From: an uncultured Bacilli bacterium
GTDB taxonomy: Bacteria; Bacillota_I; Bacilli_A; RF39; UBA660
Assembly (NCBI GenBank): GCA_949425635.1
Contig: CASPWD010000005.1
Location: 28,552 to 92,551 of the forward strand
Direction: 5' to 3'
DNA: 64,000 nt
Below the pieces are notes generated by a model, which saw only the letters and a program-made list of their open reading frames with translations, had not been told where the DNA came from and did not search any database. Positions 20,145 to 29,661 of this stretch are shown here, in pieces. Made by a program: the position numbers and the translations under genes. Position 1 is the stretch's first letter, and the number at the start of each line of letters is the position of its first letter.

Positions 20145-20540
20145 TCATAAATTGATTATTTTTTCAATATTATCTAAAGTACCATGTAGTTCTTTAACGC
20201 CCCATCCTTCAAGTTCATCTAAATATGGTTCATAAAATTCATTAAGTAATAAAATATTCTTATGATAATAGAAAGCAAAAGCTATTTCTGCAAAACTGTT
20301 TGGTCCGATATAATTTTCAATATTATTTTTTGTAGCATTTACAATTAAAATCGTGTCATTTTCTGGATGGACTATTCTGTCGAAATGAGCACGTGATGCT
20401 ATTACTTTAGGTAAACCTTCCATACATTCTTTGGGTAAAAGAACATTATAGCCCTTTTCTTTTAAAAGCTGTTCTACTTCTATTATTTTGTCTTTTACTT
20501 TCATACTGCCACAAAGAACAATATTTTTCATACTTATCAC
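20145..20540 (-). CDS. Small Rossmann-like protein, nucleoside 2-deoxyribosyltransferase-like superfamily (putative)
   Basis: The N-terminus 'MKNIVLCGSMKVKDKI' and overall length resemble the second copy at 48572-48886 ('MKIITVCGSLKFKDEI'). Weak call. Confidence 0.3.
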   Translation of the reverse strand: MISMKNIVLCGSMKVKDKIIEVEQLLKEKGYNVLLPKECMEGLPKVIASRAHFDRIVHPENDTILIVNATKNNIENYIGPNSFAEIAFAFYYHKNILLLNEFYEPYLDELEGWGVKELHGTLDNIEKIINL

Positions 20541-21481
20541 TACCTTCTTAGTAAATATTTATATATTGAACCATCAATACTACTTTTATGAGTAATATCA
20601 AAATGTTCTAACATTTCTTCTAAAATTATACTGCCATCAATAACCATTTGTATATATCTAAATATTTCTTTTCTTATAGATGAATTCCCATAATAGTAAA
20701 TTTGAAATAATTTTATTGCTTTTAATATAGAGCTTGCATATTTACTTGATTTAAGAGCATCATATTCACTAATTGTTCCATCATTTTCATAATAATATTT
20801 AAACATATTATCAAATTCTAAGAGAAAATAATTGATTTTATTTTTCTCAGTTGTTCTTAGCAAACCTTCTTGGCTATCCTTATCAAGCAGGTAAACAAAT
20901 TCCATAAACATACTTAAGACTTCTCCATTATTATAATCTATAACTTTTCCTTTAGGTTCTAATAACTGGGTATGCATTATTTCGTGGAGATAGCATGAAG
21001 TTGTTATATCATTTATTTTACTAGTAAGTTCTATGTGTGTTATAGACAATAACATATCTTTATAAAATTCTAAAGTGTCATATAAACCTTGATGGAATGC
21101 TAATAAACCATAATATTGTCCATATTCACTTGTGTATTTTATAGGTATTTTAAATGGACTTACATATTTGCTGACATCATTATAAACTTTGGCTAATTCA
21201 GCTACACCACTTACTTCTAAGCCATCTAATTTAAAAAACATTCTATCATTACAATGTCTGACATCACGAACTTTTAGTTTACTATCCATATATTCTTGAG
21301 CATTTTTTCTCATTTTCCATTTACTAATATTTCTTAAACGGATATCTAAATCAGGCGGATTCACTTTAGAAAGTAAATATGCAAACTCTGAGAACTCAGT
21401 ATCTACTTTTAATGGAGATGAATCTATATCAAATCCATGTAATAACATATTAGCTTTCTTTATTTCTTCGATTGTTTCCAT
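20540..21481 (-). CDS. Hypothetical protein with HExxH metallopeptidase-like motif
   Basis: 313 aa with 'SCYLHEIMHTQL' and a downstream Glu ('NGEVLSMFMEF'). Overlaps the next gene by 1 nt. Confidence 0.3.
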   Translation of the reverse strand: METIEEIKKANMLLHGFDIDSSPLKVDTEFSEFAYLLSKVNPPDLDIRLRNISKWKMRKNAQEYMDSKLKVRDVRHCNDRMFFKLDGLEVSGVAELAKVYNDVSKYVSPFKIPIKYTSEYGQYYGLLAFHQGLYDTLEFYKDMLLSITHIELTSKINDITTSCYLHEIMHTQLLEPKGKVIDYNNGEVLSMFMEFVYLLDKDSQEGLLRTTEKNKINYFLLEFDNMFKYYYENDGTISEYDALKSSKYASSILKAIKLFQIYYYGNSSIRKEIFRYIQMVIDGSIILEEMLEHFDITHKSSIDGSIYKYLLRR

Positions 21482-21594
21482 AACAAATACCTCTTTTTCT
21501 GATTTTGATGATTATTATATCACAGAAAATGTAAATCAAAGTATTTTCGGTTCATAAAAAAACAAACTCATTTCAAGTTTGTAATAAATATAAT

Positions 21595-21670
21595 TGGTTA
21601 CCCCAGTAGGATTCGAACCTACGGAATGTCAGGGTCAGAGCCTGATGCCTTACCGCTTGGCGATGGGGTA
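21595..21670 (-). tRNA. tRNA-Gln (anticodon CUG)
   Basis: Cloverleaf: TACCCCA / TGGGGTA-A-CCA acceptor, D-arm GCCAAGCGGTAAGGC (as in Bacillus tRNA-Gln), anticodon stem TCAGG/CCTGA with loop CTCTGAC, and a T-arm GTAGG-TTCGAAT-CCTAC. A terminator hairpin lies at 21562-21582. Confidence 0.85.
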
Positions 21671-21706
21671 ATTACATATTATATTGTATCACTAAGTTAT
21701 AAAATT

Positions 21707-22171
21707 TTAAATAACAAAATATTTATTATCAAAATATTCAATAAATTTTATTAAGTCGGTGTATTTAATAGATATGGTCTTAGTATTTGTATCTGGGTGC
21801 ATCAGTATTTTTTTACTTATCAATTCTTTATCAATGATTATTTTAGTTATATGAGATGAATCATTTATGATACCTAGAGGTGTTACTCCTCCTCTACTTA
21901 GTCCTAAGATATTATTGAGTTCTTTTTCACTAGCGAAGGTTAAATGTGACGTATTTAATTTTTTTGATAAATTCTTAAAGTCTGCTTTTTTAGTATCTTC
22001 TAATAAATATAAATAATAATTATTATTAGAATCTTTTAAAAATAAATTTTTGCATCCTACTCCATTATTCTTTTCTTTGATATGTTGAGCTTCTTTTGCT
22101 GTGTAAACTGGTTTGTGAACTATTTCTTCAAAAGATATATTAAGACTTTCTAAAATGTTGTAAATATTCAT
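21707..22171 (-). CDS. YbaK/ProX-type aminoacyl-tRNA deacylase domain protein
   Basis: Motifs 'CKNLFLKD' and 'GGVTPLG'. I place the start at MNIYNILE behind a GAAGGGA RBS. Confidence 0.65.
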   Translation of the reverse strand: MNIYNILESLNISFEEIVHKPVYTAKEAQHIKEKNNGVGCKNLFLKDSNNNYYLYLLEDTKKADFKNLSKKLNTSHLTFASEKELNNILGLSRGGVTPLGIINDSSHITKIIIDKELISKKILMHPDTNTKTISIKYTDLIKFIEYFDNKYFVI

Positions 22172-22261
22172 ATTAATACATCCCTTCAAATATAATAATA
22201 GCATAACATAAATATGTTGTTTTAGAAAAAATATAGTATAATAAGATTAGGAGGAGAAGTT

Positions 22262-22678
22262 ATGACAATTGTATGGTTAGTAATAGTTATTGCTTTAGCA
22301 GTTATTGAAGTAATGACAGTTAACTTAGTTACTGTTTGGTTTGTAGCTTCAGGTATAGTTGCATTAATTGCTGCTTATTTAGGAGCTTCAACTATTATAC
22401 AGCTAGCAATATTTGTTATATTAGGTGTTCTTCTATTGTTGTTAACAAAGAAACCTTTAGAAAAATTACTTAATAAGACAAATAAGCATAAGACTAATCT
22501 AGACCGAATTTTTGAAATGGAAGGTATTGTTACTGAAGAAATCAAAAAAGGTTCTACTGGAGAAGTTAAAGTTGATGGTAAAAGATGGACTGCTATTGCA
22601 GATAAGACAATCAAAAAAGATAGTACTGTAAAAATATTAAAAATTGATGGAGTAAAATTAGTTGTTGAGGAGGTATAA
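22262..22678 (+). CDS. NfeD-family membrane protein
   Basis: N-terminal TM segments plus a C-terminal OB-like 'GEVKVDGKRWTAIAD'. Lies immediately upstream of an SPFH gene, which is the classic pairing. Confidence 0.75.
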   Translation: MTIVWLVIVIALAVIEVMTVNLVTVWFVASGIVALIAAYLGASTIIQLAIFVILGVLLLLLTKKPLEKLLNKTNKHKTNLDRIFEMEGIVTEEIKKGSTGEVKVDGKRWTAIADKTIKKDSTVKILKIDGVKLVVEEV

Positions 22679-22683
22679 ACAAT

Positions 22684-23580
22684 ATGGAAATTTTAATCCC
22701 TATTCTAATTATTGTATTTATTGGTATAATCCTTTGTATTAAGGTAGTACCACAAGCTGAGGCTTATGTTATCGAACGTGTTGGTTCTTATTTAGAAACA
22801 TGGCAAAATGGATTACACTTTATGATTCCATTTATTGATCGTATTTCAAATAGATTAACATTAAAAGAAATCGTTAAAGATTTTAAACCACAACCAGTTA
22901 TTACTAAAGATAATGTTACTATGCAAATTGATACTGTAGTATATTATCAAATTACAGATCCTAAGTTATATACTTATGGTGTTGAAAATCCAATTACTGC
23001 AATTGAAAATTTAACCGCTACTACATTACGTAATATTATTGGTGAACTAGAGTTAGACCAAACTTTGACATCAAGAGATATTATTAATGCTAAGATGCGT
23101 TCTATCTTAGATGAAGCAACTGATCCTTGGGGAATCAAAATTAACAGAGTTGAAGTTAAGAATATTATTCCACCAAGAGATATTCAAGAAGCAATGGAAA
23201 AACAAATGCGTGCTGAACGTGAAAGACGTGAAAAAATTCTTCAAGCTGAAGGTGAAAAGAAATCAAGTATCTTAATTGCTGAAGGTGAAAAAGAAAGTGC
23301 TATTCTTAGAGCTGAAGCTAATAAAGAAGCAGCAATTAAAGTTGCTGAAGGTCAAGCTGAAGCAATTATAAAAATGAATCAAGCTGAAGCTGAAAGTATT
23401 AAATTACTTCGTGAAGCTAAGGCTGACCAATCTGTTATAACATTAAAGAGTTTAGAAGCTGTTGCTAAGATGGCTGACGGACAAGCTACTAAAATAATTG
23501 TTCCTTCTAATCTTCAAGATGTAGCTTCATTAGCTACGACTGTTGGTGAAATGCTAAAAGACGATAAAAAAACTAAATAA
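22684..23580 (+). CDS. SPFH/band-7 (stomatin/QmcA-like) protein
   Basis: N-terminal TM segment, an SPFH core ('VPQAEAYVIERVGSY...TKDNV...') and an Ala/Glu-rich coiled-coil tail. Confidence 0.85.
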   Translation: MEILIPILIIVFIGIILCIKVVPQAEAYVIERVGSYLETWQNGLHFMIPFIDRISNRLTLKEIVKDFKPQPVITKDNVTMQIDTVVYYQITDPKLYTYGVENPITAIENLTATTLRNIIGELELDQTLTSRDIINAKMRSILDEATDPWGIKINRVEVKNIIPPRDIQEAMEKQMRAERERREKILQAEGEKKSSILIAEGEKESAILRAEANKEAAIKVAEGQAEAIIKMNQAEAESIKLLREAKADQSVITLKSLEAVAKMADGQATKIIVPSNLQDVASLATTVGEMLKDDKKTK

Positions 23581-23648
23581 TATAAGTAAATTACAATAAT
23601 TAAATAACCATGTAGTTAAATGCTATATGGTTTTTATTTTAGATAATA

Positions 23649-23886
23649 TTGACAAAAGAAAAAAGATATTGTAGATTATGGGCAGAGACGCAAAAAGACT
23701 CTTGAAAGGAAATAAATATGAATTATCTTATGAATATGAATATTAGACGTAGACGTAGTTAGTCACCTATTTAAGTAATCATGTGAAGATTGCGGATATA
23801 GGTGTATTTAAGTATAGCTGTGTCTACAATCGGTAAGATAATTTTTTATATAATACCTATGTTGATGCAGCATAGGTATTTTTATT
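23649..23886 (+). promoter_or_regulatory. Promoter plus Arg-codon leader-peptide attenuator, copy 1
   Basis: Promoter: TTGACA (23649-54), 17 nt spacer, TAGATT (23672-77). An AAAGGA RBS precedes the leader ORF 23718-23762, MNYLMNMNIRRRRS* (AGA CGT AGA CGT). Segment 1 is CACCTAT (23764-70), segment 2 ATAGGTGT (23798-805), segment 3 ATACCTATG (23853-61) and segment 4 CATAGGTAT (23871-79), followed by a T-run. Segment 2 can pair with either segment 1 or segment 3, and 3:4 forms the terminator. Confidence 0.65.
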
Positions 23887-23887
23887 A

Positions 23888-24075
23888 TGAAATGAGATGA
23901 GTATATGAAAAATTTGATAATTAGTTATATGAATATGAGACGCAGACGTCGGTAGAACACCTATCAAGTAAATCAAAGTTGATTGAAGATATAGGTGTGT
24001 TTAAGTATGGCTGTATCTTCAAAAGTATAAGAAATTATTTATACCTATGTCGATATGGCATAGGTTTTTTATTTA
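23888..24075 (+). promoter_or_regulatory. Arg-codon leader-peptide attenuator, copy 2
   Basis: Leader ORF 23905-23955 encodes MKNLIISYMNMRRRRR* (AGA CGC AGA CGT CGG). Segment 1 is ACACCTAT (23957-64), segment 2 ATAGGTGT (23991-98), segment 3 ATACCTATG (24041-49) and segment 4 CATAGGT (24059-65), followed by T6. The architecture matches copy 1 and carries compensatory changes in an additional stem. Confidence 0.6.
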
Positions 24076-24093
24076 GAAAAGGAAGGTTTAAGT

Positions 24094-25158
24094 ATGAAAA
24101 AAGAAATTATAGATATTTTAAAAGAATTAATGAAATATAAGACTGTTAATGGAAGTTTGCAAGAGTTTGAAGGAATTTTTGAATATATAAAAAGTTATAT
24201 GAATAATGGACTTTATTATAATGAGTATGTTTTTAATGAGAATAAAGCTTGTGTTATTTCTAATTATGATGGAAATGAATTTGATGTAGTTTTCTCTACT
24301 CATATAGATGTTGTTCCAGCTAGTAGTTATGAGTATAGTGAAGATGATAAAAATATTTATGGTCGTGGAACGATAGATATGAAAGGAAGTGTGGCCGTTT
24401 TATTAAAACTATTTAATGATATAGAAACAAATAAAAGGATTGCCCTATTTATTACTTCTGACGAAGAACAAGATGGTAATTGTACTTATGAGTTATTAAA
24501 AATTTATAAAACAAAATTGGCTATTGTACCAGATGGTGGAACTCATTTTAATTTAATTAATGAAGAAAAAGGACTATTAAGATTAAAATTAAGTATAAAA
24601 ACAAAATCTGCTCACTCATCTCAACCATTTAATGGCGTAAATGCAATATGTGAACTTGTTGATGTTTATAAAAAGATAATAAAGAAGTACCAATTGCCTA
24701 AGTCTGACAAAGAATATATTACTTCTGTAAATTTAGCAAAATTTGTTGGTGGAGATGCGTTAAATAAGATTGCTGATTATGCCGAAATGTATTTGGATAT
24801 TAGACATATTAAGAAAGATACTAAAGAAAACATAATCGAGTTTATAAAAAAGATAAATAAAGATGTTAAATTAGAAATATTACTTGAAGGTGATGTTTTT
24901 GAGACAAATTTAGATAATGAGGAGATAAAAAGATATATTGAGATTTGTGAAAGTATTTTAAAAAGAAAGATAACTATAGTAGGATGTGAATCTACTTCGG
25001 ATGCAATATATTTTTCAAATCTAGGAATACCTACTATTATTATGAATCCAGATGGCTATTATGCACATTGTCCCAATGAATATGTTAGTAAAGAAAGTCT
25101 TGTTTATTTATTTAAAATTTATAAAGAATTTATAGAAGGCGGTGATATTAATGGATAA
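24094..25158 (+). CDS. M20-family metallopeptidase/deacylase (ArgE/DapE-like)
   Basis: Motifs 'THIDVVP', 'GRGTIDMKG', 'TSDEE' and 'AHSS'. 354 aa. Confidence 0.8.
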   Translation: MKKEIIDILKELMKYKTVNGSLQEFEGIFEYIKSYMNNGLYYNEYVFNENKACVISNYDGNEFDVVFSTHIDVVPASSYEYSEDDKNIYGRGTIDMKGSVAVLLKLFNDIETNKRIALFITSDEEQDGNCTYELLKIYKTKLAIVPDGGTHFNLINEEKGLLRLKLSIKTKSAHSSQPFNGVNAICELVDVYKKIIKKYQLPKSDKEYITSVNLAKFVGGDALNKIADYAEMYLDIRHIKKDTKENIIEFIKKINKDVKLEILLEGDVFETNLDNEEIKRYIEICESILKRKITIVGCESTSDAIYFSNLGIPTIIMNPDGYYAHCPNEYVSKESLVYLFKIYKEFIEGGDING

Positions 25159-25870
25159 TGAAAAATTTTTTAAAGCAATATATAATGATAAAAGCGAATT
25201 ACAAATATGGAAAAAATTAGATAATGGATGTTATATTGGTACTTTAGGATATTCTGAGAAAAATATTAATATATTAATTAATCTTTTAAAATCATTTGAG
25301 GAACAATATGGTGAAAAAATCGATTATGAAGCTGCTAAGGATGAGCTTATGTTATATCAAAATAAAGGAAAATTATTTGTTTACTTTAATAAAGATGGCT
25401 TGCCTATTTCGATGAACGGATGTGTTTATGATTATGATAACGATACTGTGGAATTTAAGAGTGATAATAAAGACAATTTAAAATCGATCTATTTTTATGG
25501 CTTATCAACATTAAAAGCCTACAGAGGTCATGGAGCATGTAAAGAGTTAATAAAATTTGCAATAGAGTTTGCCAAGTTTAATGGATTTGATTATGTATAT
25601 GCAAGGACTGACTTAGTTAATTCTAATTCAGAATGGATTATGGCGAATGCAGGTATGGAAATTTGTTTAAACGGCAATTATATTATTGCTGAATGGGTTG
25701 ATGTTACTGAAAATATTGGTGATTACAGATTACATATGTGGAAAGCTTTAACAGATGGAATTTATTTGGCTCCTAAAGATAAAGCCCTTTTCGCTTATAA
25801 TGATAGTTTAAGAAATATAGTACCAATTTTTGATTGCTCCCCTACTGGTTTTGTAAAGAGAAAAAATTAG
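25151..25870 (+). CDS. GNAT-like N-acetyltransferase (putative)
   Basis: 'YFYGLSTLKAYRGHGACKELIKFAIEFAK' fits GNAT motif A (R-x-x-G-x-G/A). Overlaps the end of the M20 gene. Start could be ATG 25151 or GTG 25142. Confidence 0.5.
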   Translation: MDNEKFFKAIYNDKSELQIWKKLDNGCYIGTLGYSEKNINILINLLKSFEEQYGEKIDYEAAKDELMLYQNKGKLFVYFNKDGLPISMNGCVYDYDNDTVEFKSDNKDNLKSIYFYGLSTLKAYRGHGACKELIKFAIEFAKFNGFDYVYARTDLVNSNSEWIMANAGMEICLNGNYIIAEWVDVTENIGDYRLHMWKALTDGIYLAPKDKALFAYNDSLRNIVPIFDCSPTGFVKRKN

Positions 25871-25893
25871 TAGTAACTTAGGAATCTAGGCAT

Positions 25894-25930
25894 TTAACAT
25901 ACAATATATGAAATTGTATGTTAATTTTTT
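25894..25930 (+). terminator. Intrinsic terminator of the M20-GNAT operon
   Basis: TTAACATACAAT-ATATGAA-ATTGTATGTTAA followed by T6. Confidence 0.8.
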
Positions 25931-25943
25931 AAAATTTTTTTAA

Positions 25944-27023
<1,080 letters not shown>

Positions 27024-27081
27024 ACAAAAAAATTATCATTATAAAAAGTCATCCATAAGGATGGCTTTTGTTGTGGATTAT

Positions 27082-28032
27082 TTATTTAATTGCTATATCT
27101 CCAGAAGTTGTTTGGATTTTTAAAGTATTTTCTGACATACGATTATTACTATCTATTCTTACATCTCCACTTGTTGTTTTCGTTTCTATATAAGTATCGT
27201 TTATTTTATTTATTATAATTTCACCACTAGTTGAGTTAATAGATGAAGAACCTGTTACTGATAAATTTCTAATTGTAATGTCTCCTGACATTGTTGATAA
27301 ATTTATATTACCTGTATTGCCTATTTTTATTTCTCCACTTGTAGAATTCATTTCTGAGGTACTAGATGAATCAACAATAATATCTCCACTTGTAGTCGTT
27401 ACTTTGACATTTTCTCCTTCTTTAAGATAGACTTCCCCACTCGTTGATTTTATTTCAACATCTTTCGCTTTTGCAATAGTTATATCTCCACTAGTAGTTT
27501 TAACTACTATATTCTTAGTATCTTGAACATTTATTTCTCCACTAACAGTTTCTATATTCATATCACTATTGTATGAGTTTAAAATATTAATATCACTTGA
27601 AGTCGCTTTAATATTTATAAATTTATTAAATGATTCTGGTAAATAAATTATAACTTCTTCATCATAGAAACAAAAGCCAAAGCAAAAACTTGAAAAAGCT
27701 TGTTCTTTAACTTCTAGATTATTATCATTATTTGAAATATTATAACGTTCCTTACGCTCTTCTTTACCATAAATTTCTACTTTTATGTTTTCATCTTCAC
27801 TATATTTAATTGTTACATCTGTTGATGACATGTTTATATTTAGTTTATTTACTTCATTTGTATTATAAGTCTTGCTATGTAATAGTTCTTTTTCATAATC
27901 ACCAAAGGAAAAAATAAATTCTCTTTTAAATAGAACAAATAACATAATACTTAGAAGAATTATGATCAGAAAAATATATAAAATTATTTTAAATATACTA
28001 CTTGTCTTCATTGTCTTTACCATCCTTTGCAT
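27082..28032 (-). CDS. DUF4097-type beta-repeat protein (membrane-anchored)
   Basis: N-terminal TM segment, then about 10 repeats of 'T[ST]SG[DE][IV]x[IV]'. Confidence 0.7.
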   Translation of the reverse strand: MQRMVKTMKTSSIFKIILYIFLIIILLSIMLFVLFKREFIFSFGDYEKELLHSKTYNTNEVNKLNINMSSTDVTIKYSEDENIKVEIYGKEERKERYNISNNDNNLEVKEQAFSSFCFGFCFYDEEVIIYLPESFNKFINIKATSSDINILNSYNSDMNIETVSGEINVQDTKNIVVKTTSGDITIAKAKDVEIKSTSGEVYLKEGENVKVTTTSGDIIVDSSSTSEMNSTSGEIKIGNTGNINLSTMSGDITIRNLSVTGSSSINSTSGEIIINKINDTYIETKTTSGDVRIDSNNRMSENTLKIQTTSGDIAIK

Positions 28033-28738
28033 CTAAAATAATATGAACTATTTTTATTACTAAAGAATAAACAATCCAAAGAATCCAAGTTATGTGCCAA
28101 CCACCTGTTGTAAAACTAACATAAAGATATAGAATAGTAAAAACTAAAGCAATAATATCATCCATATCTTTATATTTAGATTTAACTTTAAAATCTGAAT
28201 CAGATAATTTATGATACTTAGCTTGTTCCTTTAAATAACGTTTTTGATTACCAACAGAAATATAATAATACGTTAATATACATGTAGGAATAGCTGCAAT
28301 AAGCAAGAAAATACTTACCATCAATTCATCACTTATAACATCTAAACTTTCGATAAAAATTATCCAAACAACTGCCACAAAATATAAAAAGATACTTATT
28401 GATACAACTAATGGTTCAAATCTTTTATAGACTCTAGGAACAATTATGTCTTCTTGTTCTTTACTGCTATCTTGTTCTTCTTTTAAAGTTTCCTCTTTTG
28501 TTTTACTTTCTAAAGATTCTATCGTTTCTTTTTTCTCTGGAGTAACTCCTCTTATTAATTCATCCGTTGATATATTATATAAGTTACATAATGGAATTAT
28601 TTTATCAAAGTCAGGATTTGATTCACCTGTTTCCCACTTACTAATCGTTTGTCTTGATACACCAATAATATTAGCTACTTCTTCTTGAGACAAACCAACA
28701 CTTTTTCTTAATTTTAATAGTCTTTCCCCTATATTCAT
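27998..28738 (-). CDS. XRE-family HTH regulator with C-terminal transmembrane domain
   Basis: 'LRKSVGLSQEEVANIIGVSRQTISKWETGESNP' followed by 4 TM segments. Overlaps the DUF4097 gene by 35 nt. Confidence 0.75.
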   Translation of the reverse strand: MNIGERLLKLRKSVGLSQEEVANIIGVSRQTISKWETGESNPDFDKIIPLCNLYNISTDELIRGVTPEKKETIESLESKTKEETLKEEQDSSKEQEDIIVPRVYKRFEPLVVSISIFLYFVAVVWIIFIESLDVISDELMVSIFLLIAAIPTCILTYYYISVGNQKRYLKEQAKYHKLSDSDFKVKSKYKDMDDIIALVFTILYLYVSFTTGGWHITWILWIVYSLVIKIVHIILDAKDGKDNEDK

Positions 28739-28841
28739 TTTTTTCTCACCTCTTGAAAAATTATATAAGATTTGGCGAATCTATTCTACCAATAGCACTT
28801 GGAAATTTGTCAACCAAACTTAACATTTTACTTTTCACAAA

Positions 28842-29600
28842 TTATTTTAGACAAATTAATGCAATGTTACGACCTGAAGAAGTTCCATCGTAACGATAAG
28901 AATGGAAAGTATCATGATAACATTTTGTACAGATATTTGAACTAAAGATATTCTCTTTTTTAAAACCTAAATCGGTCAATACTTTTTTATTTAATTCGAT
29001 AGTATCTATGTAATATTTTTGTTTCCCTTCTTTCATGTCACCTAAAGTAATAAACTCATCTACGTCAGAAAAATTTTCTTTAAAAGAATCAACAAGATCT
29101 TTATCAACTTCAAAACAGCAATTCATAATACTTGGACAGATATATGCTTCAATATTAACTGGGTTACAATTATATTCCGATTTCATTAAATTAATTGCAT
29201 TAACAATTATTTTGTTTAATGTGCCTTTCCAACCACTATGGATGTTACCAATAACTTTATTTACTGGATCGTAAAGTAAGATACTTTGGCAGTCGGCTGA
29301 CTGAGTTATTAAAGCAACATTTTTTAAATTTGTAATAAGACCATCTACTTCATTAAAGTCATTGTTTATATTTTGTTCTGTGAGAACACAAACTTTGTTA
29401 GTATGTGTTTGGATTGGATACTTTATATTTTTAAATCGAAAATTAAAGTCTTGTTCTATTTTACTTATTAATTTTTTTCTTCCTTCTTCTCCAACATTAT
29501 TAAGTGAAAAGTCTAAATCTTTCTTTGTATATAAATGAATTATTTCAGAATTGTTATTTAATCGATCAAAAGTAAAATATTTATCATTCATTTTTTTCAC
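28842..29600 (-). CDS. pgeF: Peptidoglycan editing factor / laccase-domain protein (YfiH/DUF152)
   Basis: 'TQSADCQSILLYD', 'HSGWKGT' and 'CTKCYHDTFHSYR' match the family's conserved Cys and His residues. Confidence 0.75.
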   Translation of the reverse strand: MKKMNDKYFTFDRLNNNSEIIHLYTKKDLDFSLNNVGEEGRKKLISKIEQDFNFRFKNIKYPIQTHTNKVCVLTEQNINNDFNEVDGLITNLKNVALITQSADCQSILLYDPVNKVIGNIHSGWKGTLNKIIVNAINLMKSEYNCNPVNIEAYICPSIMNCCFEVDKDLVDSFKENFSDVDEFITLGDMKEGKQKYYIDTIELNKKVLTDLGFKKENIFSSNICTKCYHDTFHSYRYDGTSSGRNIALICLK

Positions 29601-29635
29601 CTCTTATTAGTATTATACATTATATTTTTGTAGTT

Positions 29636-29661
29636 CAGAAAAAAGAAGGATGTTCCTTCTT
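29636..29661 (-). terminator. Intrinsic terminator ending the small-paralog/Nudix operon
   Basis: Minus-strand AAGAAGGAACATCCTTCTT followed by T6. Overlaps the stop codon. Confidence 0.7.
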
